Made by a program: the position numbers and the translations under genes
Notes under the pieces: generated by a model
The model's input: only the letters and a program-made list of their open reading frames with translations
What the model was told of the DNA's origin: nothing
Databases searched by the model: none
Shown here: in pieces, positions 10,601 through 19,932 of the stretch
How the letters are laid out: the number at the start of each line of letters is the position of its first letter
Numbering within the stretch: position 1 is the stretch's first letter
Assembly: GCA_030688705.1 (NCBI GenBank)
Contig: JAUYJH010000061.1
Location: 1 to 34,680 of the forward strand
Length of the DNA: 34,680 nt
Direction: 5' to 3'
DNA from: Deltaproteobacteria bacterium
Lineage (GTDB): Bacteria; UBA10199; SPLOWO2-01-44-7

Positions 10601-10677
10601 ACATGGTCTCTATGTCTCTATTGTTCGCAAGTACTCTTCTTTTGGCCCTTCTGCGTCGATTCAAATATTCAAAATAA
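7615..10677 (+). CDS. Secreted cell-surface protein: beta-helix-like N-domain + seven thrombospondin type-3 (TSP3) calcium-binding repeats + C-terminal sorting signal
   Basis: GTG start with GGAGG (7602-7606) 8 nt upstream. Sec signal peptide [23 protein letters not shown]. Beta-helix-like repeats ([42 protein letters not shown]). Seven DNCPxxxNxxQxDxDxDGxGDxCD units, e.g. [23 protein letters not shown] and [24 protein letters not shown]. Confidence 0.9.
   Translation: [1020 protein letters not shown]
10561..10674 (+). other. C-terminal tripartite sorting signal (Gly/Cys motif - TM helix - basic tail), MYXO-CTERM / GlyGly-CTERM-like
   Basis: The last 38 aa read [38 protein letters not shown]: a GC motif, a hydrophobic helix, then an RR..K..K cluster at the extreme C-terminus. 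Confidence 0.55.
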
Positions 10678-10705
10678 GTGCTTTGCCGCCCTGTGTAAAG
10701 AGTGT

Positions 10706-11623
10706 ATGATTCAGATCATGCAATCGGTAATAGATCAGTTTTTCCAACATCTTAAAGTCGAAAGACACGCTTCAGTACACACCCTGAAAAATTACGCTGG
10801 AGATCTAAGACAATTTTCCGTTTTTGTCGATTCACACTATCCCGATGTCTCCCGATCGGGCGACGACGGCTTGAGAAAAATCAATCCCAATCTGCTCCGT
10901 TCTTTCTTGTCGGAACTTTTCAAAGACCACGGGGCCACTTCGGTGGCCAGAAAGCTCTCCACGTTAAGATCTTTTTTTGATTTCGCCATGCGCCAACACG
11001 TGCTCGACAATAATCCGGCCAAGGCGGTTCGCTCCCCAAAAATTCCAAAAAAACTGCCGCAGTTTCTCACGCTGGATGAAGTCATGGCCCTTTTAGGGGC
11101 CCCAAAGGGGGATGGCTCTTTGACCATGCGGGACAAAGCCATTTTGGAACTCTTTTATGCCTCGGGGTTGCGGTTGAGTGAACTGGTCGCTCTCAACAGC
11201 GATCAGATCGATTTGGCCAACGGGATGGTGCGTATTTTGGGCAAGGGCAACAAAGAGCGGATGGTGCCTGTGGGCCAGAAGGCCATTGATGCCATAAAAA
11301 ATTATATGGAAGCGAGGGGAAATCTTTTGAACGGCAAGCCCGATCAAAAAGGGGTTTTTCTCAATAAATCGGGGAGCCGCATCTCGGCCAGGGCGGTGGA
11401 ACGGTTGATTGAAAAATATATCAAGCTGACCGGTATCCAGAAAAAAGTAACACCTCACGTTTTGCGCCATACTTTTGCAACCCATCTTCTGAACAACGGG
11501 GCCGATATGCGCGGCATTCAGGAACTGCTCGGTCACGCCAGTCTCTCCACCACCCAGCGCTACACCCATGTTGAGCTGGACAAACTGATGAAAGTGTACG
11601 ATAAGACCCACCCTAAGGCGTAA
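10706..11623 (+). CDS. xerC: Tyrosine site-specific recombinase XerC (CodV-like)
   Basis: Start moved to ATG 10706 (MIQIMQSVIDQFFQHLKVERH, a typical Xer N-terminus) because the upstream part of the ORF overlaps the preceding gene. Catalytic motifs: ASGLRLSEL (Arg), HVLRHTFATHLL (HxxR), LGHASLSTTQRYTH (His, Tyr). Conserved xerC(codV)-hslV-hslU synteny. Confidence 0.9.
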   Translation: MIQIMQSVIDQFFQHLKVERHASVHTLKNYAGDLRQFSVFVDSHYPDVSRSGDDGLRKINPNLLRSFLSELFKDHGATSVARKLSTLRSFFDFAMRQHVLDNNPAKAVRSPKIPKKLPQFLTLDEVMALLGAPKGDGSLTMRDKAILELFYASGLRLSELVALNSDQIDLANGMVRILGKGNKERMVPVGQKAIDAIKNYMEARGNLLNGKPDQKGVFLNKSGSRISARAVERLIEKYIKLTGIQKKVTPHVLRHTFATHLLNNGADMRGIQELLGHASLSTTQRYTHVELDKLMKVYDKTHPKA

Positions 11624-11765
11624 AACAAATTCGAAATACTAAATTCGAAATACTAAACAAATTCTAAATTACAAACTACAATGTTTCGAACTGTTTGAAA
11701 TTTGGAAAATTGGAATTTGTAGTTTGTTTAGAGTTTAGAATTTCGGATTTAGAATTTGGAGGTTT
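11624..11765. repeat. AT-rich heptad-periodic palindromic intergenic element, copy A (complete hairpin)
   Basis: Begins right after the xerC stop codon. Left arm has a perfect tandem 14-mer AAATTCGAAATACT x2 (11627-11654). Perfect 11-bp core pairing ACAAACTACAA (11671-11681) / TTGTAGTTTGT (11717-11727). Right arm is built of TTTAGAG/TTTAGAA/TTTCGGA units and ends in TTTGGAGG, which is the hslV SD. Confidence 0.75.
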
Positions 11766-11769
11766 ATTG

Positions 11770-12300
11770 ATGTTTCACGCTACAACAATTCTTTGTGTTC
11801 GCAAAAACGGTGCCTTGGCCATAGGGGGTGACGGTCAGGTCAGTTTTTCCAATACGGTCCTCAAAAAAAAGGCAAACAAAATTCGGGTATTGGGAGAGGG
11901 AAAAGTCGTGGCCGGTTTTGCCGGTTCCACGGCCGATGCCTTCACCCTCTTTGAAAAATTCGAGGCCAAATTGGAGCAATATCGCGGCAATATCACCCGG
12001 GCCGCGGTGGAGTTGGCCAAAGACTGGCGCACCGACAGGGTTCTGCGGCGCCTTGAGGCCTTGTTGATTGTGGCCGACAAATCAAAAACATTCACCATTT
12101 CCGGCAACGGCGATGTGGTGGAACCGGATGAGGATATCGCCGCGGTCGGCTCCGGAGGCCCTTACGCCTTCGCGGCGGCCAAAGCCCTGATCAAAAATTC
12201 AAAACTTTCAGCCCGGGAAATTGTCGAACAATCGATGAAAATCGCGTCCGATATTTGCATATACACCAACGACCACCTGAATATAGAAGAACTCAAATAA
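11770..12300 (+). CDS. hslV: ATP-dependent protease subunit HslV (ClpQ/CodW)
   Basis: ATG 11770 lies 7 nt after GGAGG (11758-11762). [25 protein letters not shown] contains the Thr-Thr nucleophile region. Stop overlaps the hslU start (TAATG). The upstream 25 codons of the ORF lie in the repeat element and were rejected. Confidence 0.93.
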   Translation: MFHATTILCVRKNGALAIGGDGQVSFSNTVLKKKANKIRVLGEGKVVAGFAGSTADAFTLFEKFEAKLEQYRGNITRAAVELAKDWRTDRVLRRLEALLIVADKSKTFTISGNGDVVEPDEDIAAVGSGGPYAFAAAKALIKNSKLSAREIVEQSMKIASDICIYTNDHLNIEELK

Positions 12301-13646
12301 TGGAATCGAACTTTACACCCCGCGAAATTGTTTCTGAATTGGATCGCTATATTATCGGGCAAGACGATGCCAAGAGGGCGGTGGCTATCGCGTTGCGCAA
12401 CCGCTGGCGGCGCCAGCAGGTGCCGGTTCCTCTCAAGGAAGAAATTCTCCCCAAAAATATTATTCTGATCGGCCCCACCGGTGTCGGCAAAACGGAAATT
12501 TCGCGAAGGCTCGCCAAGCTTGCCAAAGCCCCGTTTATCAAAGTTGAGGCGACCAAATATACCGAGGTCGGTTATGTCGGCAAAGATGTCGAATCGATCG
12601 TTCGTGAATTGACCGACCTTTCGGTAAAAATGGTCAAGGAAGAGGCGGCCCATCGGGTTCAGGTAAAAGCGCAGGAGGTGGCCGAAGAAAAACTGCTCGA
12701 TCTGTTGGTTCCCAAACCGTCAAAACGGGCGGAAGATATTTCAGAGACGGCCGATGGAACCCGTGAAAAAATGCGCCAGATGCTCCGCGCCGGAAAATTG
12801 AACGAGCGGTATGTGGAGCTTAAATCCGAGGGGCCCAAAGGGGTTTTTCCGATGATCGAGGTTGTGACGGGCGGCTCCATGGAAGAGATGGGGATGAATT
12901 TAAAGGATATGTTCAGCCAGATGATGCCGCAGGGGAGAGATCGGAAAAGAAAAATGAAGGTTCCGGAGGCGCTGGAACTTTTGGCGCAGGAAGAGGCGTA
13001 TAAACTGATCGATATGGATGAGGTGCTCAAAGAAGGCATTCACCGCGCCGAGCAGAGCGGGATTGTCTTTTTGGATGAAATCGACAAGGTGGCCGTCGGA
13101 AGAGAAGGGGGGCGCTACGGCCCCGATGTCTCCCGCGAAGGGGTTCAGCGCGATATTCTGCCGATTGTCGAGGGCTGTACGGTGATGACCAAACACGGCC
13201 TTGTCCGGACCGACCATATTCTTTTCATCGCGGCCGGGGCTTTTCATGCCTCCAAACCTTCCGATCTTATCCCGGAGTTGCAGGGGCGCTTTCCCATCCG
13301 CGTGGAACTGAAACCGCTGACCAAAGAAGATTTTTTCAAGATTTTAACCGAGCCGGCCAATTCACTCACCAAACAATATATCGCCCTGCTCGCGGCCGAA
13401 AAAATCAAGATCGATTTTACCGAAGACGCCCTGGCCGAAATCTGCAATATTGCCGTTTTGGTGAACGAACAGATGGAAGACATCGGCGCCCGGCGCCTCC
13501 ATACCCTCATGGAAAAACTGCTGGAAGAAATTTTGTTTGAAGCGCCGGAAAAGTCGGGCCAAAAGCTCAAAGTTGATCGGGACTACGTCCACCGCCGTCT
13601 GAACAGCATCGTGAAAGACCGAGATTTAAGCCGGTATATTTTATGA
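12300..13646 (+). CDS. hslU: ATP-dependent protease ATPase subunit HslU (ClpY/CodX)
   Basis: [38 protein letters not shown]. Walker [16 protein letters not shown]; Walker [10 protein letters not shown]; C-terminal DLSRYIL. Confidence 0.95.
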   Translation: MESNFTPREIVSELDRYIIGQDDAKRAVAIALRNRWRRQQVPVPLKEEILPKNIILIGPTGVGKTEISRRLAKLAKAPFIKVEATKYTEVGYVGKDVESIVRELTDLSVKMVKEEAAHRVQVKAQEVAEEKLLDLLVPKPSKRAEDISETADGTREKMRQMLRAGKLNERYVELKSEGPKGVFPMIEVVTGGSMEEMGMNLKDMFSQMMPQGRDRKRKMKVPEALELLAQEEAYKLIDMDEVLKEGIHRAEQSGIVFLDEIDKVAVGREGGRYGPDVSREGVQRDILPIVEGCTVMTKHGLVRTDHILFIAAGAFHASKPSDLIPELQGRFPIRVELKPLTKEDFFKILTEPANSLTKQYIALLAAEKIKIDFTEDALAEICNIAVLVNEQMEDIGARRLHTLMEKLLEEILFEAPEKSGQKLKVDRDYVHRRLNSIVKDRDLSRYIL

Positions 13647-15612
<1,966 letters not shown>

Positions 15613-15616
<4 letters not shown>

Positions 15617-15657
15617 ACATCATTCAGAATAAAAATCAAATTCATTAATGATTTCAG
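15613..15657. promoter_or_regulatory. Inverted repeat / candidate TetR operator between the TetR gene and the Spt-like gene
   Basis: CTGAACATCATT (15613-15624) faces AATGATTTCAG (15647-15657). A perfect 10-bp palindrome TCATTAATGA lies at 15642-15651. No T-run follows, so it is not a convincing terminator. Confidence 0.35.
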
Positions 15658-15697
15658 CTTGATATCTGTGGTTGGGAGCCGTATTTTACCTTCCCAA

Positions 15698-16963
15698 ATG
15701 ACAGACATTTTCCAGAAATGTTTCGAATACGAAGAAGCCAAGTTCGTCAAAGCTTCGGGGCTTTATCCCTTTTTCAAACCGATCGACACCTCTTCGGGCT
15801 CCACGGTCACTTATGAAGGCCGCAAGGTGGTGATGATCGGCTCCAACAATTATCTGGGCCTGACCCACGACCCGTTCGTCAAAAAAAGGGCCAAAGAGGC
15901 GATCGAACGGTTCGGCACCGGGTGTACCGGATCCCGTTTTTTGAACGGCAACACGGTCTTGCATGATTTACTGGAAAAAAAATTGGCAAAACTCGTCGGC
16001 AAAGAAGAGGCCCTTGTTTTTGCCACCGGGTTTTTGACCAATTTGGGGAGCATTGCCTGTCTGGTGGGGGCGGAAGACACTATTTTTTCAGATGCCGAAA
16101 ACCATGCCTCGATTATTGAGGGGTGCCGGTTGAGCAAGGCAATAGTAGTCACATACCGCCACAATGATCCGTTTGATCTGCAAAAAAAGCTTTCGGACCT
16201 TCCTAAAAATACAGGGTCTCTTTTGGTAACCGACGGTGTTTTTTCGATGACCGGCGATATTGTCAATCTTCCTCAATTGATTTCCGTCAAAAAAATCTAC
16301 CCCAAACTGCGCCTGATGATCGACGATGCCCACGGGTTGGGCGTTTTGGGAAAAAGAGGGGAGGGAACGGCCGGACATTTTGGCCTGACGGAAGAGGTTG
16401 ATTTGATTATGGGGACTTTTTCCAAATCGTTTGCCTCGATCGGCGGTTTTTTGGCGGGGCCCTCCGACGTGATCGATTATGTCCGTCATAAAGCCCGCTC
16501 TTTCATGTTTTCCGCGGCCATGCCGCCGGCCTCCGCGGCAACGGTTTTGGCCTGTCTTGAATTGCTGGAAAAAAAGCCGGAACGCTTGGGGCGCCTGCGC
16601 GAAAACGTGACCTACATTACCCGGGGGTTTGAATCCATAGGCCTCTCCTTTATTCCATCGGAAACACCGATCGTATCCGTTTTTGTGGGGGATGAGGGGC
16701 AGGCCTTTCATTTGGTGAAAGATCTTTTTGAAAACGGCGTTTTTGCAACCCCCGTGGTTTATCCGGCGGTCCCCTTTGGGCAGGCGATCATCCGAACATC
16801 GTACATGGCGACCCACACCAAAAAAGAACTCGATTTTGTTCTGGGGGTTTTCAAAAAATTAAGCCCCAAATACGGCATCCTTAAAAACACTCTTGAAATA
16901 CCTGAAGAGATGACCCATCGTTCGCAAGGTTACAACTTCAAGGCCTTGGGCAAGAGACATTGA
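15698..16963 (+). CDS. PLP-dependent alpha-oxoamine synthase, serine palmitoyltransferase (Spt)-like
   Basis: Start moved to ATG 15698 (MTDIFQKC). GLYPFFKPIDTSSG...VVMIGSNNYLGL; PLP-lysine motif GTFSKSFASIGGF resembles Spt (GTFSKSVGTVGGF) more than Kbl or BioF; DDAHGLG. Family membership is certain; the Spt assignment is an inference. Confidence 0.8.
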   Translation: MTDIFQKCFEYEEAKFVKASGLYPFFKPIDTSSGSTVTYEGRKVVMIGSNNYLGLTHDPFVKKRAKEAIERFGTGCTGSRFLNGNTVLHDLLEKKLAKLVGKEEALVFATGFLTNLGSIACLVGAEDTIFSDAENHASIIEGCRLSKAIVVTYRHNDPFDLQKKLSDLPKNTGSLLVTDGVFSMTGDIVNLPQLISVKKIYPKLRLMIDDAHGLGVLGKRGEGTAGHFGLTEEVDLIMGTFSKSFASIGGFLAGPSDVIDYVRHKARSFMFSAAMPPASAATVLACLELLEKKPERLGRLRENVTYITRGFESIGLSFIPSETPIVSVFVGDEGQAFHLVKDLFENGVFATPVVYPAVPFGQAIIRTSYMATHTKKELDFVLGVFKKLSPKYGILKNTLEIPEEMTHRSQGYNFKALGKRH

Positions 16964-16970
16964 CCCCTTT

Positions 16971-18095
16971 ATGAGCGTGCATATTGTTCCGGTTTTAGAT
17001 GCAAAAAGCCTGAAAGCCTTTGTCCGTTTTCCGAACCGGCTTTATCAATCAGACCCAAACTGGGTTGCGCCCTTGGAAATAGAGCGTCTCGCTTTTTTCA
17101 ATCCCAAAAAAAACCCTTTTTTTAGAACGGGAGAGGCGCAATTGTTTCTGGCCATGGAAAATGAAAGATGTGTCGGCAGAATTTCCGCCCATATTCATCA
17201 CCGCCATCTGGAACGCCATAAAGACGCCGCCGGGTTTTTCGGTTTTTTTGACGCCGTTTCCGATAACAAAGCGGCAACAGCGCTTGTCGAAACGGCCGCG
17301 GATTGGCTGCGGTCAAAGGGGATGCAGACAATGCGGGGGCCTTTTAATTTGACGGTCAACGACGAGGTGGGGGTTTTGGTCGACGGTTTTGATGCACCGC
17401 CGGCCGTGATGATGAACCACAATTTCCCCTACTACGGCCCCTTGCTGGAAACGGCGGGCCTTAAGAAAATAAAAGATCTTTTTGCTTGGTATTACGATGT
17501 CGGAGAAATTTCTGAACCGGCAAAAGAGCTGGCCGAAGCCACACGCGCCCATCCCGGTCTCTCTATCCGGTCTTTCAACAAAAAAGATTTTGACGGCGAA
17601 ATCCGCCGAATGCTGGTTTTGTTCAACGAAGTTTGGTCGCAAAATTGGGGTTTTGTGCCGATGACGGAAGAGGAGATGCACCATGCCGCCAAACAGTTGA
17701 AACCGATCCTAGACCCGGAAATGGCTTTTTTTGTTTTTGTCGATAACGACCCGGCCGCCTTCAGCGTTGCTCTTCCCAATTTTAATGAGGCTATTCGGGG
17801 TTTGAACGGAAAACTGCTCCCCTTTGGATTTTTGAAACTTTTATGGCGTCTCAAAAGGGGGCTTCAATCGGCAAGACTTTGCCTTATGGGCATCCGCAAA
17901 CCGTATCGGGGTGGCGCTTTGGGGGCTTTAAGCGTTCTTATGAATGTGGAGATTCACCGGCGGGGGGTTCAGCGCGGCTACAAACAGGCGGAACTCTCGT
18001 GGACGCTGGAAGATAACGACCGCATCAACATGGGAATTGAATTTATGGGGGGGAGGCGTTATAAGACCTATCGTATTTACGAAATGCCATTATGA
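16971..18095 (+). CDS. GNAT-like N-acyltransferase family protein (~370 aa), candidate bacterial ceramide synthase (bCerS-like)
   Basis: Seven-nt gap from the Spt-like gene. N-terminus MSVHIVPVLDAKSLKAFVRFPNRLYQSDPNWVAPL and the length match a widespread family usually annotated GNAT N-acetyltransferase. The functional call rests only on gene context. Confidence 0.55.
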   Translation: MSVHIVPVLDAKSLKAFVRFPNRLYQSDPNWVAPLEIERLAFFNPKKNPFFRTGEAQLFLAMENERCVGRISAHIHHRHLERHKDAAGFFGFFDAVSDNKAATALVETAADWLRSKGMQTMRGPFNLTVNDEVGVLVDGFDAPPAVMMNHNFPYYGPLLETAGLKKIKDLFAWYYDVGEISEPAKELAEATRAHPGLSIRSFNKKDFDGEIRRMLVLFNEVWSQNWGFVPMTEEEMHHAAKQLKPILDPEMAFFVFVDNDPAAFSVALPNFNEAIRGLNGKLLPFGFLKLLWRLKRGLQSARLCLMGIRKPYRGGALGALSVLMNVEIHRRGVQRGYKQAELSWTLEDNDRINMGIEFMGGRRYKTYRIYEMPL

Positions 18096-18243
18096 AATAA
18101 AAATCCTAAACACTAAATTCTAAATTCTAAATTCTAAACAAATACTAATACTCCAAACTCCAAATAACAAAAGATTTTGTTTGAAAAATTGAGATTTAGA
18201 ATTTGGAATTTGTTTAGGATTTAGATATTAGGATTTGGAGGTT
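18096..18243. repeat. AT-rich heptad-periodic palindromic intergenic element, copy B (complete hairpin)
   Basis: Starts right after the stop codon. TAAATTC x3 perfect tandem (18114-18134); ACTCCAA x2 (18150-18163); apex palindrome AACAAAA-GA-TTTTGTT (18166-18181). CTAAATTCTAAACAAAT (18127-18143) pairs with ATTTGTTTAGGATTTAG (18208-18224), 16/17 plus one G-U. The right arm ends in GGATTTGGAGG, the SD of the next gene. Confidence 0.75.
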
Positions 18244-18245
18244 TT

Positions 18246-19226
18246 ATGAAAGTTTTTTTAACAGGTGCCACCGGATTTTTAGGTTCTCATTTAGTCGATC
18301 TGCTGCTTCAAGAAGGCCATGAGGTCACCTGCCTCGTCCGTTCCTCCAGCAATCTTCGTTGGCTCAAAGGAAAGCCGGTTAAACTGGTTCAAGGAGATCT
18401 TCTACCCGATAACGCCGGTTTAAGAGAGGGGCTTAAAAATGCCGACTGGTGTTTTCATGCCGCCGGCGTTATCAGCACGGCGGACCCAAAAGATTATTAC
18501 CGCATCAATGCCGGTGGCACGCGCCATTGTCTTGATCTCTGCCTCAAGACCGCTCCGAATCTGAAACGTTTTGTGCTGGTTTCCAGCATCGCGGCGGGAG
18601 GGCCTTCCCGGAACGGCGTCTCTATTGACGAGACGATGGAGACAAAGCCGTTAACACTCTATGGCCACAGCAAATTGGAGGCCGAGCGGATTGCTTTGGG
18701 TTTTAAAACCCGTCTGCCGGTCACCGTTATAAGACCTCCCGCCATTTATGGACCGCGAGACACCATGATTTTGCCTGTTTTTAAAATGGCCAAACAACGG
18801 CTTTATTTTAAACCGTTCGGAAAACCCCGATATATTTCGATGGCTTATGTTGAAGATGTGGCGGGGGCCTGCCTCTGGGCAGCCAAAAGCGGCAGGGCGG
18901 CCGGCGAAATTTTTTATGTGGCCGATGGTGACAGTTATCCGTGGGAAGATATTGCCGATACGCTGGCCCAGATTTTTCACCACAAGGTTTATAAAATCGC
19001 GGCCCCAAAATCCATTCTATGGCCCTTGGCCCTCATTTCAGAAACAGTTTCCCGCGTAAAAAAACAAATTCCTCCCATCACCCGCGTCCATATCAAACAG
19101 TTTTACGCCAAAGGGTGGGCGATCAATATCGACAAGATCAAAAACGCCGGCTTCCACCCCCGCTTTAATCTGCAAGAGGGGATGAAGGCTTCTGTCGCCG
19201 GCTATCGTCAGTTGGGGTGGCTTTGA
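18246..19226 (+). CDS. Extended SDR / NAD-dependent epimerase-dehydratase family protein, candidate ceramide reductase (CerR-like)
   Basis: GGAGG (18237-18241) 4 nt upstream. Rossmann motif LTGATGFLGSHLV; catalytic YGHSKLEAE (YxxxK); 326 aa. Confidence 0.8.
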   Translation: MKVFLTGATGFLGSHLVDLLLQEGHEVTCLVRSSSNLRWLKGKPVKLVQGDLLPDNAGLREGLKNADWCFHAAGVISTADPKDYYRINAGGTRHCLDLCLKTAPNLKRFVLVSSIAAGGPSRNGVSIDETMETKPLTLYGHSKLEAERIALGFKTRLPVTVIRPPAIYGPRDTMILPVFKMAKQRLYFKPFGKPRYISMAYVEDVAGACLWAAKSGRAAGEIFYVADGDSYPWEDIADTLAQIFHHKVYKIAAPKSILWPLALISETVSRVKKQIPPITRVHIKQFYAKGWAINIDKIKNAGFHPRFNLQEGMKASVAGYRQLGWL

Positions 19227-19240
19227 AAAGACCCATGTTT

Positions 19241-19332
19241 GTCATTCCCGCGACCTGCCGGCAGGCAGGAAGCGGGAATCTCGAGGGCAGGCTCCAGCGA
19301 GAATCCAAGGATCCCCATTTCACGGGGATGAC
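19241..19332. repeat. Composite GC-rich REP-like element (forward copy + shared 25-mer + inverted copy)
   Basis: GTCATTCCCGCG-ACCTGCCGGCAGGCAGG-AAGCGGGAATC has a nested palindrome. It is followed by TCGAGGGCAGGCTCCAGCGAGAATCC (shared with 31226-31275) and then an inverted unit GGATCCCCATTTCACGGGGATGAC. Confidence 0.8.
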
Positions 19333-19362
19333 AGCAACAAGTTTTTTTGCTAGGATGCGCGC

Positions 19363-19932
19363 ATGCCCTATTTAGAAGTCCTCAATGGTCCCGAGGTCGG
19401 TTTTAAAGCCAACATTTCACAGGAGACTTTTTTTATAGGGCGCGACCCCAATAATCATTTAGTTTTATCCGACCGGACCGTCTCCCGCAAACATGCCGTC
19501 ATCAATCAGCTGGAAGGAAAGTTTATCGTCAGCGACCTCAAAAGCCTTAAAGGGCTTTTGATCAATGGCAATAAAAAAGGGGAAGCGACTCTCGATGATG
19601 GGGATGAAATCGCCGTCGGCGCGGTGCGGCTTCGGTTTTACATCAAAGGGACCGACAGCATGCTTCCCAAAAGGGGTTTTCGGCGATGGAAAAAGGGCCT
19701 GTTCCTTTTCTTGATGGCGGCACTGGTATTGGGAGCCGGCACTTATTTTTGGCCAAGCGATACCCGTGAGATTGAAAAACATTATCGGAACGGTGTGGCC
19801 TTGTTCAATGAAAGAAGGGATTTGGAGGGGGCCGAAAGAGAGTGGCGCAAGGTGCTGGAGCTGGACCCCGATAAAAAGACCCCCTATGCCCAAAAAGCCG
19901 CGAAATTTCTGGAAACTTTACCGGGTCCGTAA
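19363..19932 (+). CDS. FHA-domain protein with one TM helix and a short TPR-like C-terminal domain
   Basis: FHA core FFIGRDPNNHLVLSDRTVSRKHAVINQLEGKFIVSDLKSLKGLLINGNK...GDEIAVGAVRLRF. TM helix GLFLFLMAALVLGAGTYFW. TPR-like segment HYRNGVALFNERRDLEGAEREWRKVLELDP. Confidence 0.85.
   Translation: MPYLEVLNGPEVGFKANISQETFFIGRDPNNHLVLSDRTVSRKHAVINQLEGKFIVSDLKSLKGLLINGNKKGEATLDDGDEIAVGAVRLRFYIKGTDSMLPKRGFRRWKKGLFLFLMAALVLGAGTYFWPSDTREIEKHYRNGVALFNERRDLEGAEREWRKVLELDPDKKTPYAQKAAKFLETLPGP

Noticed and set aside
8893-10664. Cluster of long alternative-frame and antisense ORFs (e.g. 8893-9207 -, 8954-9271 +, 9204-9788 -, 9358-9732 -, 9716-10018 -, 10231-10488 -, 10377-10664 -).
   Set aside because: All lie inside the TSP3-repeat region, whose GAY/GGC/TGC/CCN-rich repetitive codons suppress stop codons in other frames. 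Their translations are low-complexity (Ser/Pro/Arg/Gly-rich) with no motifs. The + frame TSP3 reading is unambiguous.
10505-10705. N-terminal extensions offered by the ORF track for xerC (10505), hslV (11695) and hslU (12255).
   Set aside because: The extensions overlap the preceding gene or lie in the repeat element and encode non-conserved sequence. Internal ATGs at 10706, 11770 (with GGAGG) and 12300 (TAATG coupling) give canonical N-termini.
10706-11623. Tyrosine recombinase as the integrase of a genomic island comprising the AT-rich giant-gene block.
   Set aside because: xerC(codV)-hslV-hslU is a conserved housekeeping arrangement. No tRNA, att-like direct repeats or other mobility genes flank the block within the window. 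The AT-rich block may still be acquired, but not demonstrably via this gene.
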